A stretch of 29,045 nt of DNA from Acidobacteriota bacterium (GCA_026393735.1 JAPKZP010000326.1:1-29045), one strand, 5' to 3'; positions 8,587 to 17,820 are shown, counted from the first letter of the stretch. Numbers and translations are program-made. Notes: generated by a model not told the origin, from the sequence alone.

Positions 8587-10921
8587 CGACCGTCCGGTTC
8601 CGCAGGTCCGATTGGCCGATGCCGAGTGACGTGTCCCGGCCTTCGTTGTAGACGACGAACAGATCGGAGCCGGGGCTGTACTCCCACCGGAACCTCACGT
8701 TCGCGCCAATCACGCTGCCGGTCGAGTTGTACTGGACGAGCCCGCCGAGCGACATGCGTGGAGAAACGTTGTAGGTGACGCGAGCGGTCAGTAGCTTGCT
8801 CAGGAAGGCGCCCTCGACCAGGGACACGTTGTTCAGCGCCACGCCTGGTTCGACGCTGAGTTGGGGAGTCAACTCGATTCGGCCGCGATAGCCGACCTGG
8901 GCACGGGTGCCGTCGAAGAACTGTCCGCCTCCGGCCGACACGGTGCCCGAGATCCGCCGCTGGGGACCCAGCGTGTAACGGCCCTCGACCTCGTTGAAGT
9001 CGTATCCGGCGACGGGCAGGACCACGCCGGGCGCGATCTCGAATGGCTCCAGCAGGTACTCGTAGTTGCTGGTCAGTTCGAGCCGCCACTCGTCGCCGTT
9101 CTGAAAGTCCATGCCCGTCTGCGCCTGGATCAGCCGCGTCTCGAGGCGACCGGTCATGTCGGTGAAACGGTCGGCGCTGAGTTCGAACTGGTACTTGCGG
9201 ATGGCGCCGGGAGCGGCCGGCCGCGGGCTGAACCGGAACATCCCGAAGTTGCGCCGGAAGTCTTCGCGGCGCATGAAGCCGACATCGGGGCTGAAGTGGT
9301 CTTCAACGGTCAGGTGCTCGGCCTCGAAGCCGTAGCGGTCCCCGTTCCACTGCACGTCGCCACGATAGCTGGCCGCGTCTGCGGAGTGCCCGTCGGTGCG
9401 CGTGCGCGCGTAGTAGCTGTTGATCGTCAGGTTCTGGAGGAAGGTGAACGACGCATCGGCGCCGGTCGCCTGGTTCGCGCCGGGCCCGCTCATGGCCTGG
9501 GATCGGTTCGTGAAGATCGCGCCGACGCTGCTCTGCTTCAGGATGTCCCGCTTGACGCGCACGACCGCGAAGTTGGTGGCCGGCGCGCCGACGGCCTGCG
9601 CCTCCCGCTGCTGGATGTCCACCAGCCCGACCGTGTAGCGGCCCGCCCGCCCGGTCAGTCGCGCGCCGGCAAGAATCGGCACGCTGTCGATCTCCTCGTC
9701 GCCGTGCTCAAACAGGCCGATCCGCCGGCTGTAGAAGAGAATCGGCGTGTTGCTCGGCGGTCCCCCGCCGCCCACGTGCGGGCTGACGCTCGCCCCGCCG
9801 AACGCGAAGACGCCGGCGCCCTCGAGGAAGAAGTCGCGGCGCTCGGGGAAGAACAAGCCGAACGGCGTCAGGTTGACCTGCTGCTCATCGTCTTCGACCT
9901 GTGCGAAGTCGGTGTTGAAGGTCGCGTCCGCCACGAATCCGTTCTTGGTCGTGTACTTTGCGTCCACACCCCCCGCAGCGGACGGGTCATTCGAGTACGG
10001 TTGTGTGGCTCCGAGATCGGTCTGGACCTTCCCCAGCCCGTAGGGCTTCACCTCCAGGTTGAGGACGGCGCGCGGCGCCTCGAGTCCGACAAGCGCGGCG
10101 GCCTTGGACACGTGCACCATGGCCCGCTGCCCGAACGATGCCGGCATCGGCGTCAGGTACGAAAACTCGCTGATGCCCCGGCAGATGCGGCGAAACTGGA
10201 TGCCCCAGTCCTGCGGCCCGGGCCCCGGGTACCGCAGCGAGCGGAACGGGATCGACATTTCGACGGTCCAGCCGTGCTCGAACCGCCTGGTCCGGACCTG
10301 CCACACCGTGTTCCAGTCGCGGTTCGTGTCCCGCTCGTCGGTGACCAGACTGTCGCCGACGGCTCCGAGCGCGTTCGTGTAGAACATGAACCCGCTGCGA
10401 CGGTCCCGGAACGTGTCGAACAGCACGCCGAAGTTGTCGTTCTGGATAATCGACGAACCGTCCCGCCGCATGTCGTTGGCGACGATGCGGCGGGGGTCCG
10501 TGCTCCAGCAGCGGGCCGCCACGTAGAGATTGACGTCGTCGTAGAACACCCACACGTCGGTCTTCTGGGTGGCCGACTGCCCTTCGTGAGGTTCCTGCTG
10601 AACGAAGCCGTCAACTTTCGGGATCCGGGTGTAGAACTCCTCGTCGAGCGTGCCGTCGATGGTCAGCGGAGCCTGGATGCGCACCGCGCGAACCGTTACG
10701 TTGCCCGTGGAGTCGCGCGTGACCGTCGGAGCCTCTGACGCGGCGTTTGACAACGGCGGGTTGCCCGCCAAGGCGGCCTCCTGCGCCCAGGAGGGGGACG
10801 ATCCGATCATCAACAGGAACGCGCACAGCGCAGCCGTCCAACCGGGAGCCCCCCGGACGGTGAACGGCGAACCATGGCGATTCGCGGCGCGAGCGATGAT
10901 CGACAGCCGGCTAACGATCAC
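8587..10921 (-). CDS. CBM9-like + DUF5916 outer-membrane protein, lacking its normal C-terminus; ORF reads on to 8387
   Basis: Signal-like N-terminus; IDGTLDE, FDTFRDRR, WTVEMSIPFRSLRY, NTDFAQVE.D.Q.VNL..F.LFFPE.R.FFLEG, FYSRRIG and WEYSPGSDLFVVYNE. It stops resembling the family after RNRTV. Confidence 0.85.
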
Positions 10922-12383
10922 GGCTCGCAGGGAGAGCGGCAGCCGGGTGGGCCGCGAAGAAGTCGAGTCCGACGGTATTCATCCGACGGACGCGAATCGA
11001 ATCGCCGAACTCTATCATCTGTTCGTTCGCCGGATCGTAGCGCGGCCACGCGATCGCCGGCGTGTTCGGATTGCCGGTCTTCGCAAAGGCGATGAGAGTA
11101 TCGGACAACTTGTCCGAGAGATCGCGGTCGTAAGGCGTCCATCTGCGGGTCATCCGGAATATGTTATAGGCATCCTGCGTCTGGAACCACATGGTGGATT
11201 CTATGCCCGCTTCACGGGCGGCCGTGGCGCCTGTCGTGGCCACGTCGGCGTCGGTCGCGACAGGGTACAGCGCGAGGTACGCATCGGCGGCATCGCCGAA
11301 CAATCTCCGGGCCGCCGCCTTGTAGTCGTCCACCGTCTTCGCGGTGCGCAGGGCGTTCGTGCTCTCGTCGCGCATGTAGCCCAGCATCGCGGGGACGTCG
11401 TTCTGCTGGCCGGCGGCGAAGATCTGGTTCGGCATCGCGGGCAGCAGGTAGTTGTCGACGTCCGGCTGAAAGCGTGGCGCGCCAGGGGCGCGCTGGGCGG
11501 CGTAGATCACGTCGGCCGGCAACTGGCGCATGTCGGTCAGCGACTTCGCCTTCAACGCTTCCTGGAACTGAACGCCGCCGCGCTCGGCCTCCGCGAGCGT
11601 CGCGGTGCGCCCGGCTGCGCCGTTAACGATGGCGGAGGCGCTCATCCCGAACACGCGGTGGATCAGTCCCTTCGCCAGGGGACTCGACTGCAGGTACGAC
11701 ACGGAGGCCGACCCGGCCGACTGCCCCATGATCGTGACGTTCTCCGGATCGCCGCCGAACTTTGCGATGTTACGGTGAATCCACTGGAGGGCCGCGACCT
11801 GGTCCAGGAGGCCCCAGTTGCCCGACGTCTTCCGCCCGTTTTCGGCACTGAGGTCCGGGTGTGCCAGGAAGCCGAAGGCCCCCACCCGGTAGTTCATCGC
11901 GACGTAGACCACGCCCTTCCTGGCGAGGTTCTCGCCGCTGTAGTTCGCCATGTTCGCGGTGCCCTGGACGAAGGCCCCGCCGTAGATGAAGACCAGCACG
12001 GGCCGCCGCTCCCCCGGCCTGGCGGCCGGGGGAGCCCAGAGATTCAGGTAGAGGCAGTCCTCGCTTGCCGACTCCTCGCCGAAGTAGTGATTCAGATCGT
12101 GGGCCCGCATCTGCTGCATGCACATGCTGGGCTTGCGATCCGCGTGGTAGATCCCTTTCCAGGGCTTGACCGGCTGCGGGTCGCGCCATCGAAATTCACG
12201 CACGGGCGGGTCGGCAAACGGCACGCCGAGGTAGACGCGGACGCCCGAAGACAGGACTTTCCCACTGATGAGGCCGGTGTCGATGGCCACGGGATCGCCC
12301 GGGATCGGAGTCTCGACAATCTGCCCGTGGACGGCAGACACCGCGAGTAGAACGCACGCCAGCATCAGGGTTCCGGTCTTCAT
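10911..12383 (-). CDS. Type-B carboxylesterase family protein with Sec signal, internally deleted (catalytic His segment missing)
   Basis: Signal MKTGTLMLACVLLAVSAVHG; motifs LGVPFA.PP, SEDCLYLNLW, FIYGGAF, NYRVG, GQSAG and RDES. There is no GAYH motif, unlike the paralogue at 19058-20698. Confidence 0.85.
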   Translation of the reverse strand: MKTGTLMLACVLLAVSAVHGQIVETPIPGDPVAIDTGLISGKVLSSGVRVYLGVPFADPPVREFRWRDPQPVKPWKGIYHADRKPSMCMQQMRAHDLNHYFGEESASEDCLYLNLWAPPAARPGERRPVLVFIYGGAFVQGTANMANYSGENLARKGVVYVAMNYRVGAFGFLAHPDLSAENGRKTSGNWGLLDQVAALQWIHRNIAKFGGDPENVTIMGQSAGSASVSYLQSSPLAKGLIHRVFGMSASAIVNGAAGRTATLAEAERGGVQFQEALKAKSLTDMRQLPADVIYAAQRAPGAPRFQPDVDNYLLPAMPNQIFAAGQQNDVPAMLGYMRDESTNALRTAKTVDDYKAAARRLFGDAADAYLALYPVATDADVATTGATAAREAGIESTMWFQTQDAYNIFRMTRRWTPYDRDLSDKLSDTLIAFAKTGNPNTPAIAWPRYDPANEQMIEFGDSIRVRRMNTVGLDFFAAHPAAALPASRDR

Positions 12384-12428
12384 CGCGCGGCTCCTGTCCT
12401 CAGACGCGGGGGCGCCGGGGCGCGCAGC

Positions 12429-12478
12429 AAAACCTCTCCCGGAGAGGTTCGTCGGGAAAAACCTCTCCCGGAGAGGTT
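12429..12478. repeat. Two direct copies of a 21-bp unit containing a 19-bp palindrome (REP-like or operator)
   Basis: AAAACCTCTCCCGGAGAGGTT at 12429-12449 and 12458-12478, separated by 8 nt. The core AACCTCTCC-C-GGAGAGGTT is a perfect inverted repeat. Confidence 0.85.
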
Positions 12479-12489
12479 GTGGTTGCATC

Positions 12490-13467
12490 TCATCCCTGCG
12501 CACGCGGGTGCGCCTCCAGGTAGGTGCGAGCGGTCTGGAGGCAGCGGAACGCATGCTCGGCGTATCCGAGTTCCTTGACGCGTGCCAGGTGCGGAATCTC
12601 GAGCGAATACGGTACCTGGGGCATGCGGTTGAGGATGGCGGCGATGTCGATGGCGCCCTCCCCCGGGTAGAGGCGTTCCTCGCGGGCCGTGTGGATCAGC
12701 CCCTCGTTGGTGGTTGGAATCTCGGCCGGCGCATCGCACACGTGGGCGAAGTGGAACCAGTCGCGGGGCACCGCGTCCAACTCGGCGAGCGTCACGCGCG
12801 AACGTGAGAAGTGGAGCGTGTCGACCAGGACGCCGCAATTCGTGCGCCTGGCGTCGCGCAGCAGCGCGACCGCGTCCGCCAGGTTCTTCCCCCCGGCGGC
12901 GAAGGGGACGAACTCGCATTCCACCGTCAGCCCGAGCGGCTTGGCGAGGTCACACAGCTGGGCGAAGCAATCGACGGCGAAGTTCCGGTCCGTCGTCCAG
13001 TTGTTGGCCAGCACGTACTTGCCGCCCAGTTCGGCCGCCGTCTCCATCGCCGGCAGGTACTTCTTCGGATCGAGCCCGTCGGAGATCCTGGCCACCTCGA
13101 TGTCCTGCAGCTTGAGACCGGTGCTGGCCAGCGCGGTTTTCGTCTGCCGCAGCATGTCCTTGTTGTTCGCCAGGTCGTAGTTGGGTTCACCGGCCAGGCC
13201 CATGTAGATCAGGCGGTAGCTGACGAAGTCATAGCCGGCGCGCGCGGCGATATAGGTCATTTCGGGCGGCGCGCATCCGAGCACCGTCAGGTGTGCCAGC
13301 GAGAACTGCCGCTTCGCGGCTCCGCCCGTGCGCTGGCCGGGCTGCCGTCCTCCCTGCGGGGATGCGGACAGCATCCGTGCGCCGCCCAGACCGAACGCGG
13401 CCGTCGCCCCCGCAACGGCCGACGCCTGCTTGAGGAAGTCGCGGCGCTGAATCCTCTGACTCGACAT
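12490..13467 (-). CDS. Tat-exported sugar phosphate isomerase/epimerase family protein (xylose isomerase-like TIM barrel)
   Basis: Twin-arginine motif RRDFLK (13429-13446) followed by an Ala-rich h-region. Metal-type motifs ECEFVP, VDTLHF, HVCDA, RLYPGEG.ID and SLE. GGAG RBS. Confidence 0.85.
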   Translation of the reverse strand: MSSQRIQRRDFLKQASAVAGATAAFGLGGARMLSASPQGGRQPGQRTGGAAKRQFSLAHLTVLGCAPPEMTYIAARAGYDFVSYRLIYMGLAGEPNYDLANNKDMLRQTKTALASTGLKLQDIEVARISDGLDPKKYLPAMETAAELGGKYVLANNWTTDRNFAVDCFAQLCDLAKPLGLTVECEFVPFAAGGKNLADAVALLRDARRTNCGVLVDTLHFSRSRVTLAELDAVPRDWFHFAHVCDAPAEIPTTNEGLIHTAREERLYPGEGAIDIAAILNRMPQVPYSLEIPHLARVKELGYAEHAFRCLQTARTYLEAHPRAQG

Positions 13468-13564
13468 CGGTCGACTCCGTTCCTGACATGGGAGGGCGAA
13501 TGCGGTTCCCATCCTACGTCAGCTGTGTGGATGGAAGGTCTGGGCCGGCACGCGAAACGGCGTG

Positions 13565-13588
13565 TGTTACGGTTCACCTACCGTTACT
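13565..13588. promoter_or_regulatory. Operator-like palindrome copy A
   Basis: TGTTACGGT-TCACCT-ACCGTTACT, about 100 bp upstream of the Tat isomerase gene. Confidence 0.7.
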
Positions 13589-13698
13589 CTCCGCAGACGT
13601 CCATCATGCTCGAGCACATGGCGACGGCCGACGACCATGCCAAGTCGGCGCAGCATCTCCGGTTCGTGGCGGAAGAGGTTGGCGTCGGGATCCGCTGA
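13588..13698 (+). pseudogene. Orphan 3' fragment of a TIM-barrel sugar isomerase/epimerase-like gene
   Basis: Reads SPQTSIMLEHMATADDHAKSAQHLRFVAEEVGVGIR*. This resembles the xxMLEH strand plus terminal helix of this family. It has no upstream coding region, and the stop converges on the TonB receptor stop. Confidence 0.5.
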
Positions 13699-13702
13699 CG
13701 GC

Positions 13703-15970
13703 TCAGGGCAGGTAGAACCGGATCCCGACCCGCACGGTGCGAGGCCAGCCGATGGTCCGGGTCGGCGTCCGGCCCGTGTCGTATCCGGTATCGAAGAGGT
13801 TCTCGACGGCACCAAACACCTGCAGGCGCCGCACAACCTCGCGTGTCGCGGACATGTCGACGACCACGAACCGCCGCAACTCCAGCGTGTTCATGTCGTC
13901 TTCGAACTGGGCGCCGCTCATCCGCGCAGCCGCCGTGAGGGTGACCCACCGGGGCTCGACCCACGTCACCGACGCGCCGAACTGGTACCGCGGCACCTGC
14001 GGGATGAGATTCCCGGCAATTGCCGGTTGCGCCGGCGTCTTCACGAATCGCGAGGCGGTCAGCACTGCCAGGCCTGCAACTGTCAGCGTCGGGTGCGGCC
14101 TCAACTCCGCTTCGATCTCCAGTCCGGACGCCCGGACGGTATCGGTGTTCTGACGTTCCCTGACAGTCAGGGTCGCGCTCGACTGAATGGTCACGTTGGT
14201 GACGGCGTCCGAGAGGCGAGTGCTGAAGCCCGTCACGCGAAGAGACGACGATCGGCGCGACAGCAGCAGCCCGCCCTCGACGCCGACGAAGTGCTCGGGC
14301 GTCAGCAGCGGGTTGGCGTTGGTCAGGGTGTTTCCAGCGCGGAAACCTCGGTACAACTCGTTCAGCGTGGGCGTCCGATGCCCTCCGTAGGCCATGCCAT
14401 GGACGGCCAGCGGGTCCTTCGGACGCCACGCCACGGAAACCCTCGGGCTGAGGAAGTTCGCCCCGTCCCTCTGCGGCGTCATGTCCCGCGACGCCGGCCG
14501 CCACAGATCCACTCGCATGCCCGCGTTCAGGGAGACCGAGGACCGAATGGCCAGGTTCACCCGTGCGTAGACGGCTCCGGCATCCTCGTCGCCACCGGTG
14601 ATGATGGGCCCGGTTGCCACACCGGACACCGAGTACCGCGTCTCGCGTACTTCTGCGTTGGTCCGGTGGCCTTCGGCGCCGACGATCAAGGACTGGCGTC
14701 CGAACGGTCGGATCCACTGGGCCGACCCGTTCATGAAGGTCGTGGGAATCCGCTGATCACTGGTGAGACGTTCAACGTCCCTCGATGCGCTGATCGACGA
14801 GAATGTCTGGAAGTACGACTGCGCGCCGCCGCCGGCCTGAACCGTCCACAGGCCGCCGCCGGCCGAACCGGCCGCCGACGCCGCGAACTGGTGCCAGGAG
14901 GTGTCGTTGCGTTGCAGCGGCGTGCCGTTTCCCCGCTTTTCCGTCTGCACCGAGGCTCGCAGGTCAGCATGCCAGGTGTCCGCGGCGTAGCCGAGCGCCA
15001 GGAATTGCGAACTGGATCGGCTCGTCGCAGGCACATCCACGGGGCCCCGCTCCTCAGGCGCCACGACCGGCGCTCCGTCCGTCTGGAACCACTCGGCTGC
15101 GCCCGCGGCGGTCCACCCTCGCCGCCGCCCGCCTGCGAACAACGAGCCGCGAACGGTTCCGCGTGATCCGCCATCGACGCTGACGCGCACGCGGGGCCGG
15201 TCGCCGCCGAAGGTCAGCATCTGGACCACGCCGCCAAGCGCATCCGCCCCGTACAGGTCGCCGGCCGCACCGCGCACGACCTCGATGCGCTCAATCGCGG
15301 CCACCGGCACACGATCCCAGTAGACCCAGCCGCCGAAGGCATCATTGAGCGGGACGCCGTCGGCGAGGACGACCGTCCGGCTGGCACCCGACGACGACAA
15401 TCCTCGGAGCGTCACGCCCTGCGTGGTCGGGTTGGCGACCCGGGAAGATGTCCGGCGAAACAGGCTGAAGCCCGGCGTCGCGCGCAACACGTCGTCGATG
15501 GCGCCGGCTGCCGCGTTCGAGATCTGGCTGGATGTCAGGACGGAGACGCTCGACGGATCCCTGAGGGCTTGTGTGCCCCGCGACGCCGTGACTGAGACCG
15601 CTTCGGCGAAACCAGCCGGGTGGAGGACCACCCTGACGCCAGCGACGTCGGCCGGGCCGATCAGGACCGACTCAATGGCGTCCGCGAAGCCAAGCGCGGC
15701 AGCGCGGAGCACGTACGCCCCCTGCGGCAGGCCGGCCGCGGCAAACGTCCCATCCGATCCGGCCTTCACGTCGACCGCCCCCGCGGGCGCGGGCTCGATG
15801 CGGATCGATGCCGCCGGCACCGGCGCGCCGGACGTGTCGACCACGATGCCGGAGACCGTGTGCCTGTCGGCGGACTGCCGAACGGCAGAAGCGGCCGGAA
15901 CAGAGACGAGCGTGGCCGCGAGGACGGCGATGATGGAGACGACCCACGCCGCCCGGAAGTCTGGCGCCAT
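13703..15970 (-). CDS. TonB-dependent receptor (BtuB-like) with N-terminal carboxypeptidase-regulatory-like domain
   Basis: Signal peptide; VSGIVVDTSGAPVPAA...G.Y.L; plug motifs LRATPG, VTLRG, VLADGVPLND and IERIEVVRG...LYGADALGGVV; barrel motifs RTPTLNELY and VENLFD. Confidence 0.92.
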   Translation of the reverse strand: MAPDFRAAWVVSIIAVLAATLVSVPAASAVRQSADRHTVSGIVVDTSGAPVPAASIRIEPAPAGAVDVKAGSDGTFAAAGLPQGAYVLRAAALGFADAIESVLIGPADVAGVRVVLHPAGFAEAVSVTASRGTQALRDPSSVSVLTSSQISNAAAGAIDDVLRATPGFSLFRRTSSRVANPTTQGVTLRGLSSSGASRTVVLADGVPLNDAFGGWVYWDRVPVAAIERIEVVRGAAGDLYGADALGGVVQMLTFGGDRPRVRVSVDGGSRGTVRGSLFAGGRRRGWTAAGAAEWFQTDGAPVVAPEERGPVDVPATSRSSSQFLALGYAADTWHADLRASVQTEKRGNGTPLQRNDTSWHQFAASAAGSAGGGLWTVQAGGGAQSYFQTFSSISASRDVERLTSDQRIPTTFMNGSAQWIRPFGRQSLIVGAEGHRTNAEVRETRYSVSGVATGPIITGGDEDAGAVYARVNLAIRSSVSLNAGMRVDLWRPASRDMTPQRDGANFLSPRVSVAWRPKDPLAVHGMAYGGHRTPTLNELYRGFRAGNTLTNANPLLTPEHFVGVEGGLLLSRRSSSLRVTGFSTRLSDAVTNVTIQSSATLTVRERQNTDTVRASGLEIEAELRPHPTLTVAGLAVLTASRFVKTPAQPAIAGNLIPQVPRYQFGASVTWVEPRWVTLTAAARMSGAQFEDDMNTLELRRFVVVDMSATREVVRRLQVFGAVENLFDTGYDTGRTPTRTIGWPRTVRVGIRFYLP

Positions 15971-15975
15971 CGACG

Positions 15976-16479
15976 TCAGGATCCGCTGAAGACGATGCTT
16001 GCCTTCTCGCGTTCGAGCTTCTCGGCGTCGATCCCGTCGACCCTCTTCAGGTCGTCGAGCGTTGCAAACGCGCCATGGGCGTCGCGGTAGCCCACGATGG
16101 CCCCGGCTTCCTTTTCGGACACGCCGAGCACGGCCTGCATCTCTTCGGCGCCGGCCTTGTTGACGTTCACGAGCCCGAAGTAGCGGGTCATGTACGCCGC
16201 AATCACCTTCGCCTCGTCGTCGGTGGCCGACGCCCCCTTCGCACGCATATCGGCGACCGAGGTCTTCCAGTCCTTCTGCGTCTTTCGTTTTTCGACGGTC
16301 GCGCGGACATCGTGGCAGCCGCCGCAGAGTTCCATCAGGGTCGATCGGCCCTCGGCTTCGGGGAACACGACCTGTCCCGTCTGCGCGGCAACTCCGCACA
16401 CGAGTGCAACGACGACGCCCAAGACGCCGAACGCGAACGGTTGGAGTCGACGCAACATGCTGCCAGGTCTGTGGGTCAT
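15976..16479 (-). CDS. Exported monoheme cytochrome c fused to a ComEA/PsbU-like helix-hairpin-helix domain
   Basis: Signal peptide; CGGCH (16312-16326); W..SV.DM.AKGA (probable Met ligand); then VNVNKA..EEMQAVLGV...A.AIV.YR..HG.F.TLDDLKRVDGI. The stop is 5 nt before the TonB receptor start. Confidence 0.85.
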   Translation of the reverse strand: MTHRPGSMLRRLQPFAFGVLGVVVALVCGVAAQTGQVVFPEAEGRSTLMELCGGCHDVRATVEKRKTQKDWKTSVADMRAKGASATDDEAKVIAAYMTRYFGLVNVNKAGAEEMQAVLGVSEKEAGAIVGYRDAHGAFATLDDLKRVDGIDAEKLEREKASIVFSGS

Positions 16480-16585
16480 GACTTCACTGCCAGAGTGACG
16501 TGTGCAGAAACGGCGCCAGGCCCGTGCCAGGGAATCGGGGCCCAGTTCTTCAGAGAGTACAAGTCTAGCGGGAAGCCTCGCCCAG

Positions 16586-16609
16586 TGTAACCGTCCGCGT
16601 ACCGTTACA
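16586..16609. promoter_or_regulatory. Operator-like palindrome copy B
   Basis: TGTAACCGT-CCGCGT-ACCGTTACA. It overlaps the MFS stop codon and lies about 107 bp upstream of the cytochrome c-HhH start. Confidence 0.75.
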
Positions 16610-17771
16610 CCCGTGCCGTGACCCGCCCGACGCGGCCGTCCGGCGGCAGCAGCATCGTGAGCGCCGCCGCGAGCGCCGGCAGCCACGCGATCATCTGCAG
16701 CGCCCGCGTCAGGCCGAGCGCATCGCCCACGAGTCCGACGAGCGGGACCGCCATTCCCCCCGCCCCCCACGCGACCCCCAGCATGAGCGACGAGACGGTG
16801 CCCGTGGCGACGGGCGCGATCATGTGCGCGTAGGTGACGTTGACCGGCAGCGTCGATCCGAGGAAGAAGCCGCCCAGTGTGAGCGCGACGAGCGCCGCCG
16901 GGCCGTGGAGCGACGCAGCGGCCAGCTGCAGCGGCACCGAGAGGAGGAGCGACCACACCATCACACGCCGCGAGCCAAATCGATCGGCCACGGGCCCGCC
17001 TGCGAGCCCGCCGACGCTACCCGCGAGCACGTAGATGCCCATGATGCCGCCTGCCGCGCCGATGGAGATTCCTCGCCCCGTCAGCAGCACCGGAAGAAAC
17101 GTCGAGAATCCCAGCGAGACGACGGTGCGAATCACGACGGCGCCCCACAGCAGCGCCAGGGGCCTTGCATAGGGCCGGAGCGCGGCATAACCCGCGTGCG
17201 CAACGCGCGGGCCGACGGTATCACGGGGAATGGCCCGCTGAATCCAGGCAATCGCGAGCAGCCCGGGTACGGCGAGCAGCGGTGTCCAGTGAAGCCCGAA
17301 GTACTGCACGTAGGGGGCGAAGATCAGCGGCCCGAACGCCCCGCCCACCGCGCCTCCGGTCACGTGGACCGACATGGCGAGCCCGGGGAATCGGCCGCCG
17401 GCTTTGTGCACGAGGCTGGCGGACGCCGGATGGAACGCGGCGTTGCCCAGGCTGCCCACGACCATGATCGTCCCCAGCATCATCGGCGACGTGGCGACAC
17501 CCGCCAGGCTCAGGACGGCGACCGCCAGGAACGGGCCGACAATCACCAGCTGCGCCGCCCGCCCGCGGTCGGCCAGCGGGCCGAACACCATCTGGCCGGC
17601 CGAGTTCGCCAGCATGAATGCCATGGCGATGGTGCCTGCCTGCGCGAGTGACAGGCCGAGGCTGGGGATGAACATCGGCAGCAGCGGGGCGTAGATGCTC
17701 GTGTAGGCGTCGGTGACGAAGTGCGAGGCCGACAACGCCAGCACGGCAGGAGGCACTTTCCGTTCGCTCAA
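16605..17771 (-). CDS. MFS transporter (Fsr/fosmidomycin-resistance-like)
   Basis: About 12 hydrophobic segments; HFVTDAY, GPLADR, AAFHP, GGPVADRFGSRR. TTG start with a GAGGTG RBS at 17780-17785. Confidence 0.88.
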   Translation of the reverse strand: MSERKVPPAVLALSASHFVTDAYTSIYAPLLPMFIPSLGLSLAQAGTIAMAFMLANSAGQMVFGPLADRGRAAQLVIVGPFLAVAVLSLAGVATSPMMLGTIMVVGSLGNAAFHPASASLVHKAGGRFPGLAMSVHVTGGAVGGAFGPLIFAPYVQYFGLHWTPLLAVPGLLAIAWIQRAIPRDTVGPRVAHAGYAALRPYARPLALLWGAVVIRTVVSLGFSTFLPVLLTGRGISIGAAGGIMGIYVLAGSVGGLAGGPVADRFGSRRVMVWSLLLSVPLQLAAASLHGPAALVALTLGGFFLGSTLPVNVTYAHMIAPVATGTVSSLMLGVAWGAGGMAVPLVGLVGDALGLTRALQMIAWLPALAAALTMLLPPDGRVGRVTARV

Positions 17772-17820
17772 CGCTTGCCCACCTCGAAAGTTTCCGGTCC
17801 GCTGGAGTTCGCGGGCGGGA

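Noticed and set aside
12429-12478. Possible mini CRISPR array
   Set aside because: Only two repeats, an 8-nt spacer and no cas genes.
15976-16479. Calling this gene comEA / competence locus
   Set aside because: It carries a heme motif and acidic hairpin loops, and there are no comEC or pilus genes nearby.
13703-16956. ORF-track starts at 16399 (TonB receptor) and 16956 (cytochrome c-HhH) implying long overlaps
   Set aside because: Signal peptides begin at 15970 and about 16479/16458; the upstream extensions are non-homologous read-through.
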